Positions 1 through 8,895 of a stretch of 64,000 bases of DNA are shown here, piece after piece (the stretch's first letter is position 1; each line of letters starts with the position of its first letter). The stretch covers positions 128,003 to 192,002 of the forward strand of contig CAKKRH010000001.1 in NCBI GenBank assembly GCA_919902675.1, in the 5' to 3' direction. The notes under the pieces were generated by a model. That model was not told where the DNA came from. It did not search any database and saw nothing but the letters and a program-made list of their open reading frames with translations. Origin of the DNA: Omnitrophica bacterium GWA2_41_15 (GTDB lineage: Bacteria; Omnitrophota; Gorgyraeia; Gygaellales; UBA12090). Made by a program: the position numbers and the translations under genes.

Positions 1-114
1 GGAAAATGCGGCCATTGCCAGATTGAAGGGGTATATGTCTGTCAGTGCGGCCCGGTCTTTGACTATGCCCAGTTAAAGAATTTTAAAGGAGAATGCCATG
101 AGAAAGCCGCCTAA
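1..114 (+). CDS. Partial (3' end) FAD/NAD(P)-binding Fe-S oxidoreductase, probably the gamma subunit of a group 3b (sulfhydrogenase-type) NiFe hydrogenase
   Basis: Frame-1 translation GKCGHCQIEGVYVCQCGPVFDYAQLKNFKGECHEKAA, stop at 112-114. The Cys pattern resembles the C-terminal 2Fe-2S motif of PyrK/HydG-type proteins. It directly precedes the hydrogenase subunit genes. Confidence 0.5.
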   Translation, partial: GKCGHCQIEGVYVCQCGPVFDYAQLKNFKGECHEKAA

Positions 115-862
115 ACCCAAGGCAGCCTTTTTTGATTTTACCGATTGCGAAGGCTGTCAACTGCAATTTGCCAATATGGGCGAGACTTTATTAGAACTGA
201 CTGAACTGGTGGATATTGTCAATTTCCGGGAGATTATGTCTGAGGCGGGTGAGGATTATGATGTTGCCTTCATTGAGGGAAGCATTACCACCGATACCGA
301 TGTCAAACGGATTAAGCGAATTCGTGAGAAGGCTAAGGTGATTATTGCCTTAGGCTCCTGCGCCACTATCGCCGGAGTCAACGGGATTAAAAACCGCAGC
401 CCTTTGGATTTAGCTAAACAAAGGGTTTATGGTGATAAGGCCGATACGGTAAACACTATCAAGGCCATGCCGGTGCATGAAGTAGTCAAAGTGGATTATT
501 TTATTAACGGCTGTCCGGTGTATATCCCGGAGGTTATCAGCGTTATTAAATGTGTTTTGATGGGCAAGCCTTATCCGGTGCCAAATTACCCGGTGTGCGT
601 GGAATGCAAGATGAATGAGAATGTCTGCCGCTATGAGAAGGACCAGGAGTGCTTAGGCCCGCTCACCCGGGCCGGATGTAATTCCTGGTGCGTTAATTAC
701 GGCAATAAATGTTACGGCTGCCGCGGCCTGGTGGAAAATCCGGCGGTCAACGGACAGAAAGATATTTTATTAAAATACGGGCTCAAGATAGAAGACATTC
801 TTAATAATTTTACTTTATATAATGATTCACTGGGAGAGAAATATGACCCCGAATTCAAGTAA
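98..862 (+). CDS. [NiFe] hydrogenase small (delta-type) subunit, group 3
   Basis: 254-aa ORF with AAGGAG RBS. N-terminal FDFTDCEGCQ, then GSCA, NGCP and a Cys-rich C-terminus typical of group 3 small subunits. Adjacent to the large subunit. Confidence 0.85.
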   Translation: MRKPPKPKAAFFDFTDCEGCQLQFANMGETLLELTELVDIVNFREIMSEAGEDYDVAFIEGSITTDTDVKRIKRIREKAKVIIALGSCATIAGVNGIKNRSPLDLAKQRVYGDKADTVNTIKAMPVHEVVKVDYFINGCPVYIPEVISVIKCVLMGKPYPVPNYPVCVECKMNENVCRYEKDQECLGPLTRAGCNSWCVNYGNKCYGCRGLVENPAVNGQKDILLKYGLKIEDILNNFTLYNDSLGEKYDPEFK

Positions 863-2198
863 GCAGGCTTATTCTAAAGATGTCAAGGTGGATGTGCATT
901 ATCTGACCCGGGTGGAAGGCCACGGCAATATCGTGGTTGATGTCAAAGACGGCCGGCTGACTAAATGCGAATTCCAGGTAATTGAGTCTCCCCGTTTTTT
1001 TGAATCAATGCTGGTAGACAGGTCTATCTGGGAGGCCCAGCATATCACCAGCCGCATCTGCGGCATCTGCGCCTGCGGCCACAGCTTAGCCAGCGTCAAG
1101 GCCGGCGAGGATGCCTTGGGGATAAAGCCTTCGGAGGATACCATTCTTTTGAGAAAGCTGCTTTTATATGCCGAGGCCCTGGACAGCCACATCCTGCATA
1201 TCTATGTTTTGGTCGCCCCTGACCTTTTAGGGGTAAAAAGCATTATGCCCTTGATTAAGACCGACAAGCCGATAGTGGAGATGGCCTTACGGATGAAACG
1301 GATGAGCGATTATGCCGGGGAGGTCCTGGCCGGAAGGCATATCCACCCCATCAGTTTTGTCATCGGCGGGCTTACCCAGATGCCCTCACAAGATGGCCTT
1401 GAGAAATTATACAAGCTGATGTTAGACTCCCGCAAGGACACCGATGAGACCTTAAAAATATTCAAGAAGCTGAAATTCCCGGAATTCCAGCGGCCCACCC
1501 AGTATATGTCACTGGCCTCGGATGAGGAATACGCCTTTTACGACGGGGACCTGGTGGTAAATGGCGGCAGTAAAACCAGGGTCAGGAATTATAAGCAACT
1601 TTTTACTGAAACGGTGGTGGATTATTCCCGGGCCAAGATTGCCACTATTAATAATAAACCTTACGCGGTAGGGGCGCTGTCCAGGTTTAACAATAATTTT
1701 GAGAAGCTGAACAAGAAGGCCAAGGCCGCCTCCGCGGAATTAGGGCTTAAGGCTCCCTGCCATAATCCATATCTAAACACCGTGGCTCAATTAGTGGAGT
1801 GGGTGCATTGCCTGGAGGAATCCATTGCCATTATGGAGAAAATCCTAAAGAACGGATTGGATGAGAAAAAGGTGGTGGTTTCCAGCTGGCCCAAAAGAAG
1901 CCAGATCGGTAAAATCAAATATAAGCCCAATACCGGGATTGCCTGCGTAGAGGTGCCCCGGGGTTCCTTATTCCACGAGTATTCAATTAACGAAAGCGGC
2001 CATATCACCCAGGCCAACTGTGTCATTCCCACCAACCAAAATATGGGAAATTTAGAAGAAGATATGCGTCAATTAGTGCCGCTTGTTTTGGGCAAAAAGA
2101 CCCAAGAAGAGATTACCCTGGATATGGAGATGCTGGCCCGTTCCTACGACCCCTGCATCTCCTGCTCCACGCACCTCTTGGATGTCAAATTCGTCTAA
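843..2198 (+). CDS. [NiFe] hydrogenase large (alpha) subunit, group 3
   Basis: RICGICACGHS (N-terminal) and DPCISCSTH (C-terminal) Ni-binding motifs, followed by a short C-terminal extension LLDVKFV. Start moved from 822 to ATG 843 behind GGGAGAG. Confidence 0.9.
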   Translation: MTPNSSKQAYSKDVKVDVHYLTRVEGHGNIVVDVKDGRLTKCEFQVIESPRFFESMLVDRSIWEAQHITSRICGICACGHSLASVKAGEDALGIKPSEDTILLRKLLLYAEALDSHILHIYVLVAPDLLGVKSIMPLIKTDKPIVEMALRMKRMSDYAGEVLAGRHIHPISFVIGGLTQMPSQDGLEKLYKLMLDSRKDTDETLKIFKKLKFPEFQRPTQYMSLASDEEYAFYDGDLVVNGGSKTRVRNYKQLFTETVVDYSRAKIATINNKPYAVGALSRFNNNFEKLNKKAKAASAELGLKAPCHNPYLNTVAQLVEWVHCLEESIAIMEKILKNGLDEKKVVVSSWPKRSQIGKIKYKPNTGIACVEVPRGSLFHEYSINESGHITQANCVIPTNQNMGNLEEDMRQLVPLVLGKKTQEEITLDMEMLARSYDPCISCSTHLLDVKFV

Positions 2199-2661
2199 TA
2201 AGTTCGCGGTTATCGGATTAGGAAATACTTTAAGGAGAGATGATGGGATAGGAATAGTTATCCTGGAATCTCTCCTTAATTCTTGCAAGAGGGAGAGGGT
2301 AGATTATTTTAACTTCGGGATTGCCAGCTTTGACCTGATATACAAGCTCCGGGAGTATGATAGTGTATTACTTATTGATGGCCTTGACGCCGGATTGGCC
2401 GCTGGAGAGCTGAAGATATTTGAGCTAAAAGATATAAGTTATCATTTAAAAGGCCCGGCCCTTTCCACCCACGAATTTGACCTGAAAAGCCTTTTTGAGC
2501 TGTATAAAAGATTTGAATTAAAGTCAAAGATATATGTCGCCGGCATCCAGGTCCAGGATGTCTCTTTTGGCGATAGCCTTAGCCAGCCCTTAAAGGATTC
2601 TCTGGAGCATTCCATTAGTGAAACCCGCCTTTTCATCGACAAAACCCTGTTGAGTTTTTAG
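2182..2661 (+). CDS. Hydrogenase maturation endopeptidase (HycI/HoxW family)
   Basis: FAVIGLGNTLRRDDGIG motif. ATG 2182 overlaps the large-subunit stop; the upstream part of the ORF-track entry (2083-) lies inside the large subunit. Confidence 0.75.
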   Translation: MSNSSNKFAVIGLGNTLRRDDGIGIVILESLLNSCKRERVDYFNFGIASFDLIYKLREYDSVLLIDGLDAGLAAGELKIFELKDISYHLKGPALSTHEFDLKSLFELYKRFELKSKIYVAGIQVQDVSFGDSLSQPLKDSLEHSISETRLFIDKTLLSF

Positions 2662-2768
2662 TATTCTCCCCCAGAAAGCGCTTTCCCCAAACTCCTGTTT
2701 TATCCTTATTTTACCCTTATTTATGTGGCATACTTTATATAAGAAGTTATAGCTTCTCTAACAACCAT

Positions 2769-5284
2769 ATGCTTCATAACCTCAATAAACTCATATCCCT
2801 TTTTATCTCCTTTTGCCTTATCCTTGAGCAGATAGCCTTTGCCCAAAGCTTAGACCTCTCCCGCTACCTTGCCAATTCAACCAAGCCTCTCATCCAGAGT
2901 GATAAGTTCCGCCCCTTACACCTAAGGTATATCTCCTATGACAGCCAGGCCAATGATTTTAAACTGCTCTCAGATAAGGGCGACTTTATAAAGGGACTGT
3001 CCCCCGAAGGGGACTGTCCCTGATGAGAGAATACAAGAGGAAACCCAAACCCTGCTCAAGTATTTTTTTATCGGTTTATCCTTGCCCAATGAGAAGTTTT
3101 GGGTTAACTTAAGACCAGACTCACCTGATAATATCTTAGACCCTGACTTAGAGAAAACCGACATCGGAAGGATATTCTTGGAAGCCGATGTCCAGCTTAA
3201 GAAAGACACCGCCGGTATGACCTCGCCCCAAACCCCCGAAGGCAAGGCCTATTGGGATAAGCTATATCAGAAAGCCGGAGAATTATTCGGCACAGAAAAT
3301 ATCACCATCCCCACCCTAACCCGGCCCTGGATAGTGCCCAATGAAATAATCATCCGAGAGGCCCCGGATAGCGCCTACATCTACAAAGCTACCCTTAAGG
3401 TAATGCTGGAAGAAGACTATCTCAGTTCTTGGCACATCCCAACCAAACTACCAACCTCTAACTTCTAACTACAGCTTCTCCGACCCCAGGCTAAAGGAGT
3501 TGAATCAATATTCTACCCAACTAATCAAGGAAACCATAATCCCCAAGCTAACCTATGAGGTAAACACTTCCAAAAGATACGCCTCCTTAAGGCAGGTGTA
3601 TTACTCGCTCATCCTGGCCCAGTGGTTTAAACAAAGTCACCGAGTCACAAGGTCACAAAGCCGCCAGTCACCGGAAAACCCATATATTAAGCTTATAGAC
3701 AGCGGCAGCCTAACTTCAAACTTCCAATCTCTAACTTCCCAGAACCCTTATTCTAAAGAGACTTACTTCCAGCAATACCAGAAGTCATTTAAAGATGGGG
3801 AATACAACCTCACTGAGCCAGTATACACCCCAATGGGTCAGAGTGTTCGCAGGTATATGAGCGGGGGGATAGTAATAAATCCTAAAGCTGAAACTGTTGT
3901 CGGGGGCAATGTTGGATATAATCCTGAAAAGTCGTATCTGATAATGAAAGAGATTAATTTTTCCGGTAGTCCAATAATCAGCGATGCGCAGAAAACAGGC
4001 ATTAACGATGAGCGGAAAAACATTCCGGCTAACGAAGATACTTATTTAATTTATCATGCCACTGTCCCGGAAAAATTAGATAGTATTGTTAAGTATGGCC
4101 CCATACCATTTGAAGAGAATATGTCTTTTCCTTACGATCCCAAAACAAAAATAAAGCTAAGCCATATTTATGGAACTATAGACCCTAAAAAAGCTGTTGA
4201 ACATGTTAAGAATAATGGTGTGCATAACAGCGATCCAGCATTAAACGCTCAATTTAGCAGGATACCAGTCATCTTGGAGCTGCGATTACCTAAGGATTGG
4301 GTAAGAAATCGTCCAGAAGCGCAAGAGAAGCAGGGAGGAAGTAAGACGAGGCGGGAGATATTTGAAGATGATTTAAAAAGTTCGCTTGCTGCCAGCTACG
4401 CGGGAATAACTATCCCGGTAGATAATGTGCCTCCTGAATTTATCTTTGTTCAGAGCGAAAAAGGAATTTTACCGATAAAAGAATACATAAAATTAATAAC
4501 CCCGGAGATCACTTCGCTTAAGAACGACATGGCAGCAGTATCGATAGAGCAGGAGATAAAGATAAAAGAAATGTTAGGTAAATATGGGATAGACCCTGAT
4601 TTAATAAAATGGTCTTCGGATGATTGGACTCCCAATCTTGTGTACGGTAAGGCATTTTTTACTAAAAGAGGCGAGGATTTAATTAAAGAAAATGAAGATC
4701 ATGTGAAATTATTCGATTTTTTCTGGTATAGAAATAAATTACCCGAAAAAATAAAAGCAGGCTTGCCAGAAAGTTTAAGAGAAATGATTATTAAGAACAG
4801 GGAAAAGCTTAATTCAGTAATGGGCGGCATAGTAGAAGGAAACATAAAAGGCAGCGTTCTTGAATTACTAAAGATTGTGTTAAAAAATGAGTTAAGTAAA
4901 GATGTGGCCGCGCGTGAATATTTGGGTTTGGTTGAAGCATTTCAAAATAAGAAAGGCGGTATTGATTTTACCAACCCGTCTATTATAACCCAGTCGATTG
5001 GTGGCCTTCAATCTCTGATTTCCGGCCCAATACCCATAAGTCCGGATTTTGATTTTGATAAGGAATGGGCTCAGATACAGCAAATCTTTAACGCCGACAT
5101 TCAACCTTCGGCCCTGCGCTTGGCGGAATTTAGCGTAGCGGTTTCCAGTAATCCTGCCGAGATCCGGCGCAAGGAAGATGTTATTGGTTTGATTGCCGAC
5201 CTTCTGCGCCGGGAGGAAGAGGATAAAAAACTCACCCTTGCCGACCCAGCCTTAAAAGTCCTGCTTAGCGCCCTGGAGGCGTAG
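2769..5284 (+). pseudogene. Large secreted protein of unknown function, split into three ORFs (2769-3023, 3082-3468, 3500-5284) by two +1 frameshifts at short repeats
   Basis: Signal-peptide-like N-terminus MLHNLNKLISLFISFCLILEQIAFAQS. Open frames overlap at both junctions. Removing 1 nt (or 16 nt) at 2991-3020 and one heptamer at 3446-3473 restores a single ORF. Confidence 0.55.
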
Positions 5285-5287
5285 CGA

Positions 5288-5998
5288 TTAGAGGCCGGCG
5301 ATTTCTAAGAAGTTTTGAAATAGTTTTTGACCGGTTGAAGTGTATTCCGCGAGGAAGGAATTGAAGTCGTCTCGAAGTTGTTTTTTATTTAAGCGCAACA
5401 AATCCGCGTCTTCATTAAGCCATACCTCAAACATCTCCGGGGTGAGTTCAAAATGGCACTGGATGCCGTAGGCATTGGAGCCGACTTTTATGATTTGGTT
5501 TTGACAGAATTCTCCCTTACCCAGAAGTTTCATCTCCGGGGTCAGTTCAACCGTCTCCCCGTGAAGCTGAAAGACCCGGAAATTATCCCCCAATCCCTTA
5601 AAAAGGGGATCTTTCTTCTCTGCCGCGGTTAGGCTAATGATAAAAGGTTTGTTGTCTGGGCCTTTAAAGCCTACTTCTTTTAATGGGCTCTTTGCTACCT
5701 TGCCTCCAGCAGCCTTGATTAAGGTTTGTAATCCTAAACAAATACCCAGATAAGGGATATTCAGGGAAAGGGCTTCTTGGATTCTTTGTAATTCAGATTT
5801 CATTTTTGGGGTGTGGTCATTGGCGCTGTCCGGCCCGCCCATAACTACAAGGGCAGAGTAATCTTGAGGATGAGGAAAGGTCTCGCCCTTATCAAGGTCA
5901 ATGACGGTATAATTAATATTCCGCTCTTTGAGCAGGTTTTCAATAATCCCCGGGCCTTCGCGGGTGATATTTTTTACAATAAGAACAATTTTTTTCAT
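5288..5998 (-). CDS. Class I glutamine amidotransferase (GATase1, GuaA-N-like)
   Basis: 236-aa ORF with the nucleophile-elbow GICLGLQ and C-terminal QCHFE motifs of type 1 GATases. Confidence 0.8.
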   Translation of the reverse strand: MKKIVLIVKNITREGPGIIENLLKERNINYTVIDLDKGETFPHPQDYSALVVMGGPDSANDHTPKMKSELQRIQEALSLNIPYLGICLGLQTLIKAAGGKVAKSPLKEVGFKGPDNKPFIISLTAAEKKDPLFKGLGDNFRVFQLHGETVELTPEMKLLGKGEFCQNQIIKVGSNAYGIQCHFELTPEMFEVWLNEDADLLRLNKKQLRDDFNSFLAEYTSTGQKLFQNFLEIAGL

Positions 5999-6173
5999 CC
6001 GCTCGGGATAATGTTTAGAGACAAAAGCAAGTCGAATAAGTCATAGGAGTAATTATAACCCCGGCAACGGTCAGGTCAAGAGAAAAAAGGCCATCATATT
6101 GATTCAATTTAATTGATTAGAGGCAAATAGTTTGCTATACTTTTCTTTATAGGATTTTTCGAAAAGGAGCTTA

Positions 6174-6557
6174 ATGAGAGAGATGCGTATATTATCTATT
6201 TTGGCAGTCCTTTGGTTTTCCGTATCCGGCTGCGCGGTTGTGCTGGTGGGGGCGGGGGCGGCCGGAGGATACGCTATAGGCAAAGATTATATTCAAGGCG
6301 AAACCGATAAGGATTTTGACCGGGTGTATGATTCCGCGGTAACCATCGCCGGGATTATGGGAGATATCGAATCCCAGTTTAGTAATCCCTCCACCGGAAA
6401 GATTAAAGCCAATGTGGAAACCAGCAGTTTAGAGATTTATGTGGAAAGGCTCACCAAAAAGACCGTGCGGCTTAAAGTAAGGAGCCGCAAAAACCTAATG
6501 CCCAATATTGAGTTGGCCCAGAAGGTCTACACCAAAATCATCCAGAATATCAGATGA
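6174..6557 (+). CDS. Putative lipoprotein (DUF3568-like)
   Basis: Signal peptide with lipobox-like VSGC. Family assignment is from memory only. Confidence 0.5.
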   Translation: MREMRILSILAVLWFSVSGCAVVLVGAGAAGGYAIGKDYIQGETDKDFDRVYDSAVTIAGIMGDIESQFSNPSTGKIKANVETSSLEIYVERLTKKTVRLKVRSRKNLMPNIELAQKVYTKIIQNIR

Positions 6558-7321
6558 TTTTTTATCGTTCGGCGGCCTTATTCCTGTTTTTATGTTTCTT
6601 TCTTTTTGGCTGCGGAGATAATTTCAGCGCCTCCAAGGAATTCCAGGTCAAGCAGGTTATTGACGGAGATACCATAGAGCTGGATAACGGCGAGTCCGTG
6701 CGCTATATCGGCATTGACACCCCGGAAACCAGAAAGCGCGAGGGCGATACCTGGGTTTATGTCGGAGAGCCGTTTGCTGAGAAGGCTAAGGATTTTAACC
6801 GCCGGATGGTTGAGGGTAAAGTCGCGCGCTTAGAGCTGGATGTCCAGAAAAAAGATAAATACGGTCGCCTCCTGGCTTATTGCTTTGTGGAAGATAACTT
6901 TGTAAATGCCAGGATGCTGCAGGAAGGCCTTGCTCTTCTCTACACCATTCCTCCTAATATTAAGTATGTAGACCCCCTAGTTAAGGCTCAGAAGGAGGCC
7001 CGCGAGAATAACCGCGGCCTTTGGGCGGAAATTCCGGTAATTTCGGTAAAAGAGGCCGGGAAATATCTTAACCAGGTAGCCATAGTAGAAGGGAAGGTTT
7101 CCTCTATTTACCAATCAGCCAAGGTAACCATTCTGAATTTCGGCCGCAGCGATTTCAAGGCGGTGATATTTAAAAATGATTTAGCTTCTTTTATGGCCGC
7201 CGGAGTTTCTGTTTCCTCTTATAAAGGCAAAACCTTAAGAATAAGCGGCAAGGTTAAGGAATATAAGGATAAGTTTGAGATTATTGTCAGCCATCCTTCA
7301 AGCATTGAGGTGGTGGACTGA
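6554..7321 (+). CDS. Thermonuclease (staphylococcal nuclease, SNase) family protein with C-terminal extension
   Basis: VIDGDTIELDNGESVRYIGIDTPE, YGRLLAY and NARMLQEGLA motifs; N-terminal lipoprotein-type signal (LFGC). Confidence 0.8.
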   Translation: MIFYRSAALFLFLCFFLFGCGDNFSASKEFQVKQVIDGDTIELDNGESVRYIGIDTPETRKREGDTWVYVGEPFAEKAKDFNRRMVEGKVARLELDVQKKDKYGRLLAYCFVEDNFVNARMLQEGLALLYTIPPNIKYVDPLVKAQKEARENNRGLWAEIPVISVKEAGKYLNQVAIVEGKVSSIYQSAKVTILNFGRSDFKAVIFKNDLASFMAAGVSVSSYKGKTLRISGKVKEYKDKFEIIVSHPSSIEVVD

Positions 7322-7327
7322 TTTTGA

Positions 7328-7355
7328 TTGACCCGATCGGAAATTATGTTATACT
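7328..7355 (+). promoter_or_regulatory. Sigma70-like promoter upstream of tRNA-Phe
   Basis: TTGACC (7328-7333), 16-nt spacer, TATACT (7350-7355). Confidence 0.45.
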
Positions 7356-7482
7356 AAAACGATTATTAAACGGAATTGCTAAAAGCAGAATTTTCATAAA
7401 TGCTGAAGTAGCTCTCCTGCTTCGCCCTTCAGCAGGTCAATAGCTGGTAGGGCTTCGTAGGATTCACCAACAAATAGATTTA

Positions 7483-7554
7483 GCCGAGGTAGCTCAGTGG
7501 TAGAGCGCGGCCCTGAAAAGGCCGGCGTGGGAAGTTCGATTCTTCTCCTCGGCA
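7483..7554 (+). tRNA. tRNA-Phe (GAA)
   Basis: Cloverleaf read by hand: acceptor GCCGAGG/CCTCGGC, D arm GCTC-AGTGGTA-GAGC, anticodon arm CGGCC-CTGAAAA-GGCCG, T loop TTCGATT. CCA is not encoded. Confidence 0.9.
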
Positions 7555-7564
7555 TTTAATTTTT

Positions 7565-7593
7565 AAGAGGGGGTTCCATAACCCCTCTTTTTT
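7565..7593 (+). terminator. Rho-independent terminator after tRNA-Phe
   Basis: AAGAGGGG (7565-7572) pairs with CCCCTCTT (7582-7589), followed by a T run. Confidence 0.75.
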
Positions 7594-7721
7594 GTTATAT
7601 TTAGGCGTAATTGCTTTATATTTGAGGCAGTTACGCTTTTTTATTTCTTTAGTGTCTTTTGTATGGTTTTGGCTTTATTTATGGACTTTAGAAAGTTATA
7701 GTCCCATATAGTCTCAAAATT

Positions 7722-8033
7722 ATGAAAAGAATGACTCCCGCGGCAAACTTACTTCTACGGACATTAACAGGCAAGTATAAACATTTTGCTCGAAAAGGGA
7801 TGTTAGCGGCAAACGGCTCATTTTATTGTCATGATGAGTATCTAATGCAGGAATTATATATCAGCGACAATACAATTAAAAGAGCGCGTATTTTTCTAAA
7901 AGAAGCCGGGGAAATTGACTATGTTATTGGTAAGTATAAGGGTGCGCCTACGCGGTACTGGATTATCTTAAAGGGTGCCAAGGAAAATAGGGACAGCGAC
8001 CATTTTATTGACTTCCTTCGCATTCCCTGGTAG
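7722..8033 (+). CDS. Hypothetical small protein, possibly winged-helix DNA-binding
   Basis: 103-aa ORF whose 3' end contains the left REP-like 20-mer. The central segment ELYISDNTIKRARIFLKEAGEIDY resembles an HTH. No firm family. Confidence 0.3.
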   Translation: MKRMTPAANLLLRTLTGKYKHFARKGMLAANGSFYCHDEYLMQELYISDNTIKRARIFLKEAGEIDYVIGKYKGAPTRYWIILKGAKENRDSDHFIDFLRIPW

Positions 8034-8757
8034 TATTACTTTATGCCCCGCATTGCCCGCGCAGTAGCTGTTGGATTACCGCACCATATCACCCAAAGAG
8101 GCAATTACCGCCAGGAGGTGTTTCGTGATGACAACGATAGAAGCCGGTATCTTTCCTGGATCAAAGACTACAGCCTAAAATACCGCCTCTCCATACTTGC
8201 TTATTGCCTTATGCAAAATCACGTGCATTTTATCGCCATTCCCAAAGAAGAAGATTCGCTCGCCAGGACTTTTAATTCTGCCCACATGCGCTACTCCCAG
8301 TACTTTAACAAAAGGATGAAAGCCAGAGGCCATCTCTGGCAGGGGCGTTTTTATTCCTGCATATTAGATGAACCCCGCCTGTTAATGGCATCCAGATACA
8401 TCGAGCGCAATCCGGTGCGCTCAGGGTTAGTGAAAAAACCCTGGGAGTGGCGCTGGTCCAGCGCGCCATACCATACAGGCAGAGAAAACAACCTTCTTAA
8501 TCTTGGGGATTTATTTAAGCTGACGGGTATGTCTTATGATTCCTGGAAGCAGTATATAGACACAAATGAGGAAGAAAAAGCCCTTGAGGCCATAAGAAGC
8601 CATACCTATACAGGCCGGCCCATAGGGTCTATTGACTTTGTTAAGAAGCTGGAAGAGAAATTCGGCAGGAGGCTGTTTGCCTTGCCAAGAGGCAGGCCAA
8701 GGGAAAACCCAGAATAAATGGTCGCTGTCCCTATTTTATGGTCGCTGTCCCTATTTT
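7984..8757 (+). mobile_element. RAYT gene flanked by inverted REP-like 20-mers (REPtron-like unit)
   Basis: AAAATAGGGACAGCGACCAT at 7984-8003. Its exact reverse complement ATGGTCGCTGTCCCTATTTT occurs twice in tandem at 8718-8737 and 8738-8757, bracketing the Y1 transposase gene. Confidence 0.75.
8043..8717 (+). CDS. REP-associated tyrosine transposase (RAYT) / IS200-like Y1 transposase
   Basis: LPHHITQRGN, CLMQNHVHFIAIP (HuH motif), GHLWQGRFYS and YIERNPVR motifs. Confidence 0.85.
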   Translation: MPRIARAVAVGLPHHITQRGNYRQEVFRDDNDRSRYLSWIKDYSLKYRLSILAYCLMQNHVHFIAIPKEEDSLARTFNSAHMRYSQYFNKRMKARGHLWQGRFYSCILDEPRLLMASRYIERNPVRSGLVKKPWEWRWSSAPYHTGRENNLLNLGDLFKLTGMSYDSWKQYIDTNEEEKALEAIRSHTYTGRPIGSIDFVKKLEEKFGRRLFALPRGRPRENPE

Positions 8758-8895
8758 CTATTTTCTATTTTGAAATGCGCAGGAATAATCTATCTTGATA
8801 GGCCCATTGAGTGGGTTGATGAAGCGAAGGGAATCTGCGTTTGCCCTCACTGCGGCGAAAAGGTAAAAGTTAATCTGTAAGAAATACTTATAAAC

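Noticed and set aside
8632-8880. 82-aa ORF running through the RAYT 3' end and the tandem REP 20-mers, ending in CVCPHCGEKVKVNL
   Set aside because: There is no credible start or RBS after the RAYT stop, and most of it overlaps RAYT or repeats. At most it is a remnant of a zinc-ribbon gene, so I did not call it.
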